Source: Bacilli bacterium (GTDB lineage Bacteria; Bacillota_I; Bacilli_A; RF39; UBA660). From it: a stretch of 64,000 bases of DNA. The position numbers and the translations under genes are program-made. Below the pieces are notes generated by a model, which had not been told where the DNA came from, searched no databases, and saw nothing but the letters and a program-made list of their open reading frames with translations. This document shows, piece after piece, positions 19,320-28,273 of the stretch (its first letter is position 1; each line of letters opens with the position of its first letter). Location of the stretch: NCBI GenBank assembly GCA_045545595.1, contig JAZQBG010000003.1, positions 91,462 through 155,461 on the forward strand, given 5' to 3'.

Positions 19320-20174
19320 TTATTCTTCAAATCCTCTTTTATTTTCGTAATTTGTTATAATTACTTCTTCTACTTTTCCCCTTTTCTTTCCATTTGAATT
19401 TATATTTCTTTTTGCTTCAATTACATGAATATTAAAATCTTTATATAAATCTTTTACTAAAGTTGTGTTATGATTCGATAACATCACGTAACATCCTTTA
19501 TCTGCTAATTCTTTATATACTCTAGCTAATCTTACTTGCTCTTCTTTTCCAAATCCATTTTCTGTATAACTATTGAATGTTGACGTTTCAGAATCATATG
19601 GAGGATCAAAATATATAAAATCTCCTTTTTTAGCATCTTTTACAGCTTCTTCAAAATCTTTATTTAAAATTTTTACATCACTGAAGTTTAAGTATGAATG
19701 AATAATACCTAAATTTTGTCCATCATATGTATTAACTTTTGCCTTTCTATTGAATGGTACATTAAATTCATTTTTACTATTAACTCTATATAATCCATTA
19801 AAACAAGCTTTATTCAAATAAATTGTTCTAGCGCTTCTTTTATAATCCGGCATTCTTTTAAACTTTGTTTTATCTCTATCTTTATTTCTTATTTCATAAT
19901 AATATTCTTCTGAATGATTTGCTTCATGATGATTTAATTCATTACACATTTTATTAAATTTTATTTCATCTTTAATACAATTAAAAACATTCATCAATTC
20001 TTCATTATAATCATTTATTACTGCCTTTTTTGGAGATAATTCAAACAATAAAGCTCCACCACCAACAAATGGTTCGTAGTATGTATTATACTCATCAGGA
20101 GCATACATTTTTAGCTTGTCAATTATTTGTCTTTTTCCCCCTGCCCATTTTACAAATGGTTTTCCCTTTATCAT
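19320..20174 (-). CDS. dpnM: Dam-family N6-adenine DNA methyltransferase, DpnM (M1.DpnII)-like
   Basis: 284 aa. 'EPFVGGGALLF' motif I, 'FNGLYRVNSKNEFNVP' and 'FIYFDPPY' motif IV in the alpha-class order. C-terminal 'MLSNHNTTLVKDLYKDFNIH...VTNYEN' matches DpnM. Confidence 0.9.
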   Translation of the reverse strand: MIKGKPFVKWAGGKRQIIDKLKMYAPDEYNTYYEPFVGGGALLFELSPKKAVINDYNEELMNVFNCIKDEIKFNKMCNELNHHEANHSEEYYYEIRNKDRDKTKFKRMPDYKRSARTIYLNKACFNGLYRVNSKNEFNVPFNRKAKVNTYDGQNLGIIHSYLNFSDVKILNKDFEEAVKDAKKGDFIYFDPPYDSETSTFNSYTENGFGKEEQVRLARVYKELADKGCYVMLSNHNTTLVKDLYKDFNIHVIEAKRNINSNGKKRGKVEEVIITNYENKRGFEE

Positions 20175-20255
20175 ATTGGTACCTCCTGAATATTATAATC
20201 ACTTTAGTTCATTATATCATATTTATAAGAAATTATTGAAGAAACAGAAAAAAAT

Positions 20256-21164
20256 TTAATTAAAATTTTTTTCTAAGTGTGGTAAATCATAATAAAGTAA
20301 TCTATTAAAATTACCTTTAACAAACAATGAATCTTTTCTTAATATGCTTCTAATTTTTTTGTCTATTGTTATATCCCAACGCCATGGTCTACGATATTCT
20401 GCAATTAATAAATGTAAAACACCAGATATATTACAAATGTATTTCTTTAAATAGTTCGAATCTAATGAGTTGGAATCAATATTTTCTAAATCATATATTA
20501 TTTCATCAATGTTTTCGTATAACAACTCTTTAACTCTTAAATTATCAACTCCTATAAATTTTTCATTACTATTAACTAAAAGCCCCATTTTATTTATATA
20601 TTTATTATTTAAGTATAATAAATATTTTTTTAACTTTTCACCTTTGCAATTTAATTTAACATTATTTTTAAGTTCACTAATTTTTCTATAAAAGTCATAA
20701 TAATTGTCTTCATCTATATATATACTATTAACTACTTTATAATTCATGAGTGACAACAAATCATTTATATACCATTCTGACATGCACATTATAGAATAAT
20801 ATATGTCATATTGATTTATTAGTTTATTATGCCATTCCATTTCAGAACTATAAATAGTTAAAAAAACTATTAATATAACATTTGTTATTAAAAGTTCTTT
20901 CATTTCCCATAAACCTTCAAAAAAACTATTATATTCTCCAATATGTATTCCTAAAAAAATTATAGCAATTATAACAATAAGAATAAATATAATACTAACT
21001 AAATTAGTTTTATTATTTAGAAATTCTCTTTTTATAAATCTTTTTATTCGATTAATTTTTAAGATTGTTTTTAAATACTCTATTGTTATCTTATTTTTCA
21101 AACTAACTTTATACTTTGATTTAAAATGCTTTTTTCCGTATTTAACTAATGCCATGATTGTCAT
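20256..21164 (-). CDS. hypothetical membrane protein (2 TM) upstream of the R-M cassette
   Basis: 302 aa, Lys-rich N-terminus, two TM helices, C-terminal soluble domain. Confidence 0.4.
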   Translation of the reverse strand: MTIMALVKYGKKHFKSKYKVSLKNKITIEYLKTILKINRIKRFIKREFLNNKTNLVSIIFILIVIIAIIFLGIHIGEYNSFFEGLWEMKELLITNVILIVFLTIYSSEMEWHNKLINQYDIYYSIMCMSEWYINDLLSLMNYKVVNSIYIDEDNYYDFYRKISELKNNVKLNCKGEKLKKYLLYLNNKYINKMGLLVNSNEKFIGVDNLRVKELLYENIDEIIYDLENIDSNSLDSNYLKKYICNISGVLHLLIAEYRRPWRWDITIDKKIRSILRKDSLFVKGNFNRLLYYDLPHLEKNFN

Positions 21165-21574
21165 TCCTTTCTAATGATAATTATTATAATATATCACATA
21201 AGTTTTTAACAACTAAATATTAATTATTTACCAAAACCACCGTAATTATATTGAAAAACGCTCTTTTTTCTATTTTATCTCAATATTTATAAAATTTTTA
21301 TTTTTACATCTTTAATTTTATGTGTCAAAAATAATATCTAAAAGGGGCCTAAATTGTACCTATTACAGTTATATTAGTTTACAAATTTGTAATTACTGAG
21401 TTTAAGACACAAAAAATGGAGCGCTATGCGCTCCTTCAGGGGGTTTTGGTTGAATACACTCTCACATAGAATCGTAAGAGTGAGCGTGTTATCTTATCAC
21501 GCTACATTCATGATATTAGAAAATGACAAAAATGTCAATAATATTTATACCAATATTTTCTAAAATTTTAGTGA

Positions 21575-23572
21575 TTAATTCAAATTCCTAATGTTTTCAA
21601 TGGTTTTCTTAATATGGCTATTTGTGTCAAGTGTGTCAACTAAATCTGTTTTTAAAAACTCTAATGAATCTTCTTTAGCTTGCATAAGTATTTTAAAATC
21701 ATCCTTAATATTAGCAATCTTAAAGCTCATATCACCACTTTGTTTAACACCAAATAAATCTCCTTGTCCTCTTAGTTTAAAATCTTGTTCACTTATCTCA
21801 AAACCATCATTAGTATTTTCCATTATCTGTAATCTTTCTTTAGCTTTATCACTAATCAAAATACAATAAGATTGTAAATCATTTCTTCCTACTCTACCTC
21901 TCAATTGGTGAAGTGTTGATAATCCAAATCTATTAGCGTCAAATATTGCGATTACAGTAGCGTTTTTTACATCTACTCCAACTTCTATTACAGTGGTACT
22001 TATTAATATGTTGATTTCATTTTTAGAAAACTTGTCCATAATTTCTTCTTTTTCATCTGGACTCATTTTACCATGTAACATTTCTATATTTCTATTTGGA
22101 AATGCTTTTTTAAACTTTTCTTTAAGCTTAACAACATTTTCCATATCAGACTTTTCACTTTCTTCTATTAATGGCGCAATAACATATACTTGATGATTAT
22201 TATCTAATTCTTGTTTCATTAGAGTTAAGACATCAACTATTTCCTTATTAGTTTTAACTTTAGTAATAATATCTTTTCTACCACTAGGTCTAGTTTTAAT
22301 ACTTGATATATCCATGTCACCATAAATTGTTAAAGCATAAGTTCTAGGTATAGGTGTCGCACTCATGTATAAAATATCTGGCATAGTTCCTTTGTTTCTT
22401 AAATTAGATCTTTGATTAACTCCGAATCTGTGTTGTTCATCAGTTATAACTAAACCTAAATTATTATATTTAACTTCATCTTGAATTAATGCATGAGTAC
22501 CAATCACTAAATCTATTTCATTGTTTTCTAATTTTTTATAAATTTCTTTTTTCTCTTTCTTAGGAGTACTTCCTGTAAGAAGTTCAACATTTATTCCTGT
22601 ATCTTTAAATAGTTTCTTAATATTATCATAGTGTTGTTTAGCTAAGATTTCAGTTGGTGCCATAAAAGCAGATTGATAACCACCTAAATAGTTTATATAA
22701 CACGCTATTATACTAACTATAGTCTTTCCACTACCAACATCACCTTGTAAAAGTCTATTCATACGTTTAGGTTCTGTCATATCTATTTTGATATCATCTA
22801 CAGCCTTTTTTTGGTCTACGGTTAAGTCAAAAGGTATAGTGTTAATAAAATCAGTTAATTTATTTTCATCTATTGTTCTTTTAAGTCCTATATTATCACT
22901 TTGATTTTTTAACTTCAAACAATTTATCTTTAACATAAATGTAAATAGCTCTTCATACTTTAATCTTATTTGAGCCTGTTTAATACTGTTTATATCATTA
23001 GGACTATGAATTAGTTTAACAGCTTCTTCTTTGTCCATAAAATTATATTTTTGGACTAGATAAGGAGGTATATCATCTTCTAATTCATTTATATTAGATT
23101 TTATAGCTTCTTCTATATAATTAGATAAATTCTTTTTAGGTAATCCATTAGTAGTTCTATAAATACTTTCTATTTTTGTACCATTTATTTTTTCAAATCT
23201 AAAATCTGAAGCAACTATTGTATTTTTCTTACTATCCCATTTTCCTATTATCAAAACAGTTTTACCAATTTCAAAATGTCTTTTCATAAATCCTCTATTA
23301 AAGATTACAACATTAACAATCATATTATCAGTTTCAATTCTAAAACTCATTTTATTCATGTTACCTCTAAGTCTAATTAGAGTTGGTATTTTTTCTATTA
23401 CCCCTTCAACACAAATTTTATCTCCATCGCTCATTTCTGTTAAATTATTTAATTTGATTACTTCATATCTAAATGGATAATAATTTAGTAAATCATTAAT
23501 TGTATAGATATTTAATTTGTTTAGTAGTTTTAAAGATTTGGGTCCAACACCAGGTAGTTCAATAAGTTCCAA
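21575..23572 (-). CDS. recG: ATP-dependent DNA helicase RecG
   Basis: 665 aa with 'GDVGSGKT' Walker A, 'TDEQHRFG' DEQH box, 'SATPIPRT' and 'QLRGRVGR' motifs. Confidence 0.9.
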   Translation of the reverse strand: MELIELPGVGPKSLKLLNKLNIYTINDLLNYYPFRYEVIKLNNLTEMSDGDKICVEGVIEKIPTLIRLRGNMNKMSFRIETDNMIVNVVIFNRGFMKRHFEIGKTVLIIGKWDSKKNTIVASDFRFEKINGTKIESIYRTTNGLPKKNLSNYIEEAIKSNINELEDDIPPYLVQKYNFMDKEEAVKLIHSPNDINSIKQAQIRLKYEELFTFMLKINCLKLKNQSDNIGLKRTIDENKLTDFINTIPFDLTVDQKKAVDDIKIDMTEPKRMNRLLQGDVGSGKTIVSIIACYINYLGGYQSAFMAPTEILAKQHYDNIKKLFKDTGINVELLTGSTPKKEKKEIYKKLENNEIDLVIGTHALIQDEVKYNNLGLVITDEQHRFGVNQRSNLRNKGTMPDILYMSATPIPRTYALTIYGDMDISSIKTRPSGRKDIITKVKTNKEIVDVLTLMKQELDNNHQVYVIAPLIEESEKSDMENVVKLKEKFKKAFPNRNIEMLHGKMSPDEKEEIMDKFSKNEINILISTTVIEVGVDVKNATVIAIFDANRFGLSTLHQLRGRVGRNDLQSYCILISDKAKERLQIMENTNDGFEISEQDFKLRGQGDLFGVKQSGDMSFKIANIKDDFKILMQAKEDSLEFLKTDLVDTLDTNSHIKKTIENIRNLN

Positions 23573-23660
23573 ATTATCATCCCTTTCTAATTTAATTATA
23601 TATAATTTTGAAGTGAAACAAAAGAAAATGAAAAAAATTTTAAAAAAATGTTCAAAATTG

Positions 23661-23800
23661 TTGACAAATCACTCAAGATGAATTAGTATAAGAGTCACCA
23701 ATTCCCAATTAGGCGAATTGGTGCTAGTATCACACTAGCCAACCCCTTTTTATTCTTTTTTGAAGGTTACCCTCAGGGGGTGTAACCTTCTTTTTTTTGT
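23661..23800 (+). ncRNA. candidate small RNA (promoter + about 105-nt structured transcript + intrinsic terminator)
   Basis: TTGACA(23661)-17-TAGTAT(23684). Hairpins CACCAATTC..GAATTGGTG and CTAGT..ACTAG. Terminator AAGGTTACcctcagggggtGTAACCTT plus T8 at 23763-23799. No ATG anywhere in the transcript. Confidence 0.3.
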
Positions 23801-23807
23801 ATACAAA

Positions 23808-23838
23808 TATAAAAAAACAGAGACTTTCTTAGTCTCTG
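23808..23838 (-). terminator. rho-independent terminator of rpsU
   Basis: Minus-strand CAGAGACTaagaaAGTCTCTG hairpin followed by TTTTTTT. Confidence 0.7.
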
Positions 23839-24023
23839 TTTCTTCTTGCGTTTCTTCTAGAATTTTTGATTCCTTCTTTTTTTTCTATTCTTCTTTTTAC
23901 ACCTGGTTTATCATAGTGTTTTCTTTTTTTAATTTCAGAAGGGACTCCACTTTTAGCAAATTTTTGTTTAAAGATTTTAAGTGCACCATCGACATTATCG
24001 TTTTTAACTGATACATGTACCAT
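23829..24023 (-). CDS. rpsU: 30S ribosomal protein S21
   Basis: 64 aa 'MVHVSVKNDNVDGALKIFKQKFAKSGV...RRNRD'. Confidence 0.9.
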   Translation of the reverse strand: MVHVSVKNDNVDGALKIFKQKFAKSGVPSEIKKRKHYDKPGVKRRIEKKEGIKNSRRNARRNRD

Positions 24024-24129
24024 TTTATTTCCCTCCCTTCTTGCTTTCGTGTTTAATTATAACACAACACTTTGTTTTCCACAAGAAAAAAATAACTTAA
24101 AAACACAAAAAAGGACAAATATTGTCCTT

Positions 24130-24300
24130 TTAAAGCATATTAATCAATACTTCTTGAATTAATCTTAATGTAGTCCCGCATATTCTACCACAATTTAATA
24201 TAAAATCTATAACTATATTAAATGTTGATAAAATTATTGGACTAAGTAATATTACAGATAAAATAAAAAGCGGCTTCCTATATTTTTGAATATATTCCAT
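24130..24300 (-). CDS. putative bacteriocin immunity protein (small membrane protein)
   Basis: 56 aa 'MEYIQKYRKPLFILSVILLSPIILSTFNIVIDFIL...' immediately after the second bacteriocin peptide. It is followed by a terminator (AAAGGACAatatTGTCCTTTT at about 24102-24128). Confidence 0.4.
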   Translation of the reverse strand: MEYIQKYRKPLFILSVILLSPIILSTFNIVIDFILNCGRICGTTLRLIQEVLINML

Positions 24301-24301
24301 A

Positions 24302-24472
24302 TTATCCTAGAGAACATGTTTGTCCACTATTTATTCTTCTAATCGCAGTACCTAAGCTTCTTCCTACTTCTAAAATCGAGTTGATTGCTTTGGTAAATGC
24401 AGAAACTAAACTTCCTGATATATTTATTCCACCTTCTATTTCTAATAAACCATCTTTATTTAATTCTTTCAT
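24302..24472 (-). CDS. class II bacteriocin precursor with double-glycine leader (peptide B)
   Basis: Not in the ORF track (under 60 aa). 'MKELNKDGLLEIEGG|INISGSLVSAFTKAINSILEVGRSLGTAIRRINSGQTCSLG'. Leader has hydrophobics at -4, -7 and -12. GAAAGGAAG RBS. Confidence 0.65.
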   Translation of the reverse strand: MKELNKDGLLEIEGGINISGSLVSAFTKAINSILEVGRSLGTAIRRINSGQTCSLG

Positions 24473-24486
24473 TAATATCTTCCTTT

Positions 24487-24621
24487 CTAATTACAATTTA
24501 ATGGTCTTACATAACCATCAATTACTCCTACTAAAAATATAACCGCACCAATTATTCCAGCAATACCCCAGGCTCCTATTCCTCCGCTAACATTCATCAT
24601 TTCTTCTTTAGTTAATTCCAA
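24487..24621 (-). CDS. class II bacteriocin precursor with double-glycine leader (peptide A, Gly-rich hydrophobic)
   Basis: Not in the ORF track. TTG start with GGAAAGG RBS. '(M)ELTKEEMMNVSGG|IGAWGIAGIIGAVIFLVGVIDGYVRPLNCN'. Mature part has GxxG/GxxxG motifs typical of two-peptide (IIb) bacteriocins. Confidence 0.55.
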   Translation of the reverse strand: MELTKEEMMNVSGGIGAWGIAGIIGAVIFLVGVIDGYVRPLNCN

Positions 24622-24625
24622 ATTA

Positions 24626-25066
24626 TCATTCCTTTCCAAAAACTAATTCTTTGATTATTTCAAAACCATATTTATTATCATAATTTATTTTAAATTCAAC
24701 AATTGAATTATTAGATTTATTAAGATCATCAACTTCTATTACTATACTTTGATATGGTATATCATTTTCTATTACTGGGATTGAAACGTCTTTTATTTTG
24801 TAAGAGAATTTATTTTTATTAATAGTAAGTTTATTATTATCTAATAACTTATAAGAATCAGTATAACTTATTTTAGTTTCTATTATACCTTTATTATTAA
24901 CTATTCCAATTCCTTTGTAATAGTATTGATATTTGAAGAATAACAGTGAAATTAAAACTATAATTAGTATTATTAAGATTAGTGTAAAACTATAAAATTT
25001 TTTTGGTAATAAAATTTTTGGACTTTTATATTCTTCAATATTAACTAAATTATCCATTAGAACCAT
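24626..25066 (-). CDS. bacteriocin secretion accessory protein (short, single TM)
   Basis: 146 aa overlapping the exporter stop. N-terminal TM then a beta-rich domain, in the position normally held by an LcnD/HlyD-type accessory protein. Confidence 0.4.
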   Translation of the reverse strand: MVLMDNLVNIEEYKSPKILLPKKFYSFTLILIILIIVLISLLFFKYQYYYKGIGIVNNKGIIETKISYTDSYKLLDNNKLTINKNKFSYKIKDVSIPVIENDIPYQSIVIEVDDLNKSNNSIVEFKINYDNKYGFEIIKELVFGKE

Positions 25067-27167
25067 CTTTTCTTTCTAAAATATTTTTAATAATACCACT
25101 TTCCATACTAACAACCTTATCAAACAAGTCCATATTTTCTAACCTATGTGATACTACTATTATTGTTTTATCTTTCATATTTTTAAACATTCTTTTAAGT
25201 ATTCTTCTTTCCATATCTACGTCTATTTCATTTAGAGCTTCATCTAAAAGAATTATATTAGAACTCTCCATGAGCGCCCTACATAATATAATTCTATTTC
25301 TTTCCCCACCTGATATATTAAAGCCATTTTCTTCTAATAAAGTATCATAACCTAAATATTTATTATTACAAATTTTATCTACTTCTGTTAACCTAGACTT
25401 CTTTAAAAATTCATTATAATCTATATCTTTATTTAATACTATATTGTTAAATATTGAGTCAGTAAACAATGTTTCATTTTGTGAAACATAGGTAATATTT
25501 TCTCTTAATTCTTTGGTATTGTAATCATTGATATCTTTATCATCGATAAATATTTTACCTCGCTCTATTTCACTATATTTTAACAGTGATTTAAGCAATG
25601 TTGATTTACCACATCCACTATTACCTATTATCATTATTTTACTTCCTCTAGAGGTGTTTAAATTAATATTATTAAGTATTAAATCTTTATCATTAATAGA
25701 ATAACTAAAATCTTTAATTGTAATATTACCCATTATTTTATTTCCAGTATATTTATGGTCAATTTCTAATTTTTCCATATCTATCTCATATAATTCATTT
25801 ACTCTTTTAAAAGAGGATAAAGCATATCGTATTAGGGGTTCTAATTCTAATATATTTTTTATAGGATTAAGAAAATATATTAATAATGAATTATATGTGA
25901 TTAAATCACCTATAGAAAGCGTACCCTTCATTACTTTTAAATAACCAACAAACAATATTACAAAAAGTCCTAGTCCTCCTATTAAATCTTTTAAAAACTG
26001 ACTTATATTATGATTCTTATTAACTTTATGCTCAATATATAAATTATCTATATATTGATTTTCAACTTTATTAATTGTTCTATTCTGTAGATTCATACTT
26101 TTTATAGTCTCAAATCCATTTATAGATTCAATTAAATTAGAATTTATTTGTGCGTTTTTTTCTTGGCTTAAATTTATCAATCTCTTGTATATTGGAGAAA
26201 AAATTAAAGCTACTATTAGATATAAGACAAATATAATAATTGTAATTAAAAATAAATCTTTATTTATTCCTAATAATATTGCCCCTGAAATTATAATAAG
26301 TAATAAATCTACAAAGAGTGTTACAATAATTTTACTTATTGCCTCTTTTATATAATTTAAATCACTTATCCTTGATAATATCTCTCCAGTTGTTTTGTTT
26401 TTGAAATAATCGTATGGAAGGTTCATAACATGACTAAAGGTTTTGGTGAATAATTGATAGTCTATCTTTTGATTAGAATACAATATTAATTGATTTCTGA
26501 AGAACTCACATAAAGTTTTTAACAGGATAAGTATTACAAATAAAAATGAAATAATATAGAAGTTATTTATAGAACTTACCACTAAATCATCGATGATTAT
26601 TTTAAAATAGTATGAATTAATAATATTGAACAAAGTTATAAATAACGATAATAATACAATATTGACAAAAACTTTTTTATTACTAGAAACAAGAAATTTT
26701 AAAACATTTTTTACATTATTATCTGTTTTATAGGTTGGTATTTTTTTAATTGGATAGAACGTTATTATAACTTTAGACCACATCTTATCAAACTCATCAA
26801 AACTTAACTTTTTAACTCCGTAATTTGGATCCATAATCGTGACTATTTTCTTTTTATAATTTAAATCATAGACTACTACGTAATGTTTATAAGATTTATT
26901 TATGACTAAATGTGCAATAAATGGAACATCAATTTTATTATTTAAATCATTCAAAGATTTACACTTTATGCCTTTAGAGACAAATCCTAATTTTTCCGAA
27001 GCTAAAGTTAAATGATAAGCAGTAGTTCCTATTTTAGTTGTTTTTGTGAGTTCTCTTAATTTTTCTAGACTAATATTTCCACCATAATACCTGATTATTG
27101 ATAGAAGACATGAGGCACCACAATCTTTTATGCCTTCTTGTTTAACTATTGGTATTTTCTTTTTCAT
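25050..27167 (-). CDS. bacteriocin ABC transporter with N-terminal C39 peptidase domain
   Basis: 705 aa. 'CGASCLLSIIRYYG' catalytic Cys, 'HYVVVY' His, 6 TM, Walker A 'GNSGCGKST', signature 'LSGGERNRI' and Walker B 'ILLDEA'. Confidence 0.9.
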   Translation of the reverse strand: MKKKIPIVKQEGIKDCGASCLLSIIRYYGGNISLEKLRELTKTTKIGTTAYHLTLASEKLGFVSKGIKCKSLNDLNNKIDVPFIAHLVINKSYKHYVVVYDLNYKKKIVTIMDPNYGVKKLSFDEFDKMWSKVIITFYPIKKIPTYKTDNNVKNVLKFLVSSNKKVFVNIVLLSLFITLFNIINSYYFKIIIDDLVVSSINNFYIISFLFVILILLKTLCEFFRNQLILYSNQKIDYQLFTKTFSHVMNLPYDYFKNKTTGEILSRISDLNYIKEAISKIIVTLFVDLLLIIISGAILLGINKDLFLITIIIFVLYLIVALIFSPIYKRLINLSQEKNAQINSNLIESINGFETIKSMNLQNRTINKVENQYIDNLYIEHKVNKNHNISQFLKDLIGGLGLFVILFVGYLKVMKGTLSIGDLITYNSLLIYFLNPIKNILELEPLIRYALSSFKRVNELYEIDMEKLEIDHKYTGNKIMGNITIKDFSYSINDKDLILNNINLNTSRGSKIMIIGNSGCGKSTLLKSLLKYSEIERGKIFIDDKDINDYNTKELRENITYVSQNETLFTDSIFNNIVLNKDIDYNEFLKKSRLTEVDKICNNKYLGYDTLLEENGFNISGGERNRIILCRALMESSNIILLDEALNEIDVDMERRILKRMFKNMKDKTIIVVSHRLENMDLFDKVVSMESGIIKNILERKDGSNG

Positions 27168-27248
27168 GTTATGACCTCCACACTTATATAATCAACATTT
27201 TTTGTGTAGAAGACTTTAAAATAAAAAAAATAAATCAATTTTTTTGAT

Positions 27249-28085
27249 TTATTTAACATTTCTCATTGAATGATACATATATTGAAGCGCAATTCCCGAA
27301 TAGCTACCATATTTTTCTTTCGCAAATTTTATTATTTCTTTCTGACTATTTTTAACATTAGGGTATAATTCTTTCATAGATTGCATAACCCAAGTATCAA
27401 CAGGAAACACATCATATTTTTTATAAGCAAATAATAGAATACAAGACGCTACTTTAGGACCTACTCCTTTTATTAACATCAAATAATTTAAAGCATCATC
27501 TGTATTCATATCATATATTTTGTTTAAGTCTATCATACCTTTATTAATTAGATTTAATGCACTAATTATATAAGTATCTCTAAATCCTACTCCTATATCT
27601 TTTATATCTTCAATAGTTATTGATTTAAGATCCTTATAACTAGGAAATAAATAGTAATCATTATTTTTAAAAGTTACTTTTTTACCATATTTAATTGATA
27701 ATAATTCTACTGACTTCATTATTCTTTTAACATTATTATTCTGTGATATTATATATGATATTAACATTTCAAAAGGATTTTGATTTAATATTTTAAATCC
27801 TCTTGATAAATTTATACTACTCTTCAATGTTTTATCTTTTTTTAATATTTCATTATTGATTTTATTATAATCGTTATTTAAATCAAAATACTCGATGATT
27901 ATTTCTTCTAAATTATCTTCATTACTAGACTCTACAATTAAATTATTATTATCCTGTTTAATATTAATAACTCTATCTGATAGAATCATAGTAAAACTAT
28001 CATCATCCATTTTATAAAATCTAAAACATTGTCCACAGGTTACTGTGTCACTTAAATTAATATCAGTATCCTTAATTATTATCAT
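27249..28085 (-). CDS. HhH-GPD DNA glycosylase, 8-oxoguanine glycosylase (Ogg)-like
   Basis: 'LMLIKGVGPKVASCILLF' helix-hairpin-helix plus a 'VFPVDTWV' catalytic Asp loop. Confidence 0.7.
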   Translation of the reverse strand: MIIIKDTDINLSDTVTCGQCFRFYKMDDDSFTMILSDRVINIKQDNNNLIVESSNEDNLEEIIIEYFDLNNDYNKINNEILKKDKTLKSSINLSRGFKILNQNPFEMLISYIISQNNNVKRIMKSVELLSIKYGKKVTFKNNDYYLFPSYKDLKSITIEDIKDIGVGFRDTYIISALNLINKGMIDLNKIYDMNTDDALNYLMLIKGVGPKVASCILLFAYKKYDVFPVDTWVMQSMKELYPNVKNSQKEIIKFAKEKYGSYSGIALQYMYHSMRNVK

Positions 28086-28096
28086 TTAAATCACCA

Positions 28097-28273
28097 CTAT
28101 TTTGCTTGTTTAGTTTTCATTAATTCCGAATAGCTAATTACAGCATTAGCTTCTTCCTTTTTTACATCAATTATTTCAAAATACCATTTTTGTTTTTGCT
28201 CATCCCACATTTTAACCATTACTTTATTTTTTAAAATATTTCCAGTAAATAGATTAATAAGATTTTCTTTCAT
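28097..28273 (-). CDS. small SOS-associated protein (58 aa), translationally coupled to upstream peptide
   Basis: Not in the track. 'MKENLINLFTGNILKNKVMVKMWDEQKQKWYFEIIDVKKEEANAVISYSELMKTKQAK'. ATGA overlap with the preceding ORF. Confidence 0.35.
   Translation of the reverse strand: MKENLINLFTGNILKNKVMVKMWDEQKQKWYFEIIDVKKEEANAVISYSELMKTKQAK

Noticed and set aside
21377-21392. Perfect 14-bp palindrome TTACAAATTTGTAA in the recG/membrane-protein intergenic region
   Set aside because: A single AT-rich palindrome with no second copy and no adjacent regulator. It could be an operator, but it cannot be distinguished from chance in roughly 70% A+T sequence.
23760-24011. Plus-strand 83-aa ORF
   Set aside because: It lies antisense to rpsU and the rpsU/sRNA terminators, has low-complexity Phe/Ser-rich translation and no RBS, so I treat it as spurious. 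Most other short opposite-strand ORFs in the track (1238-1423, 2276-2533, 3856-4041, 5268-5477 and others) are likewise antisense artefacts of AT-rich sequence.
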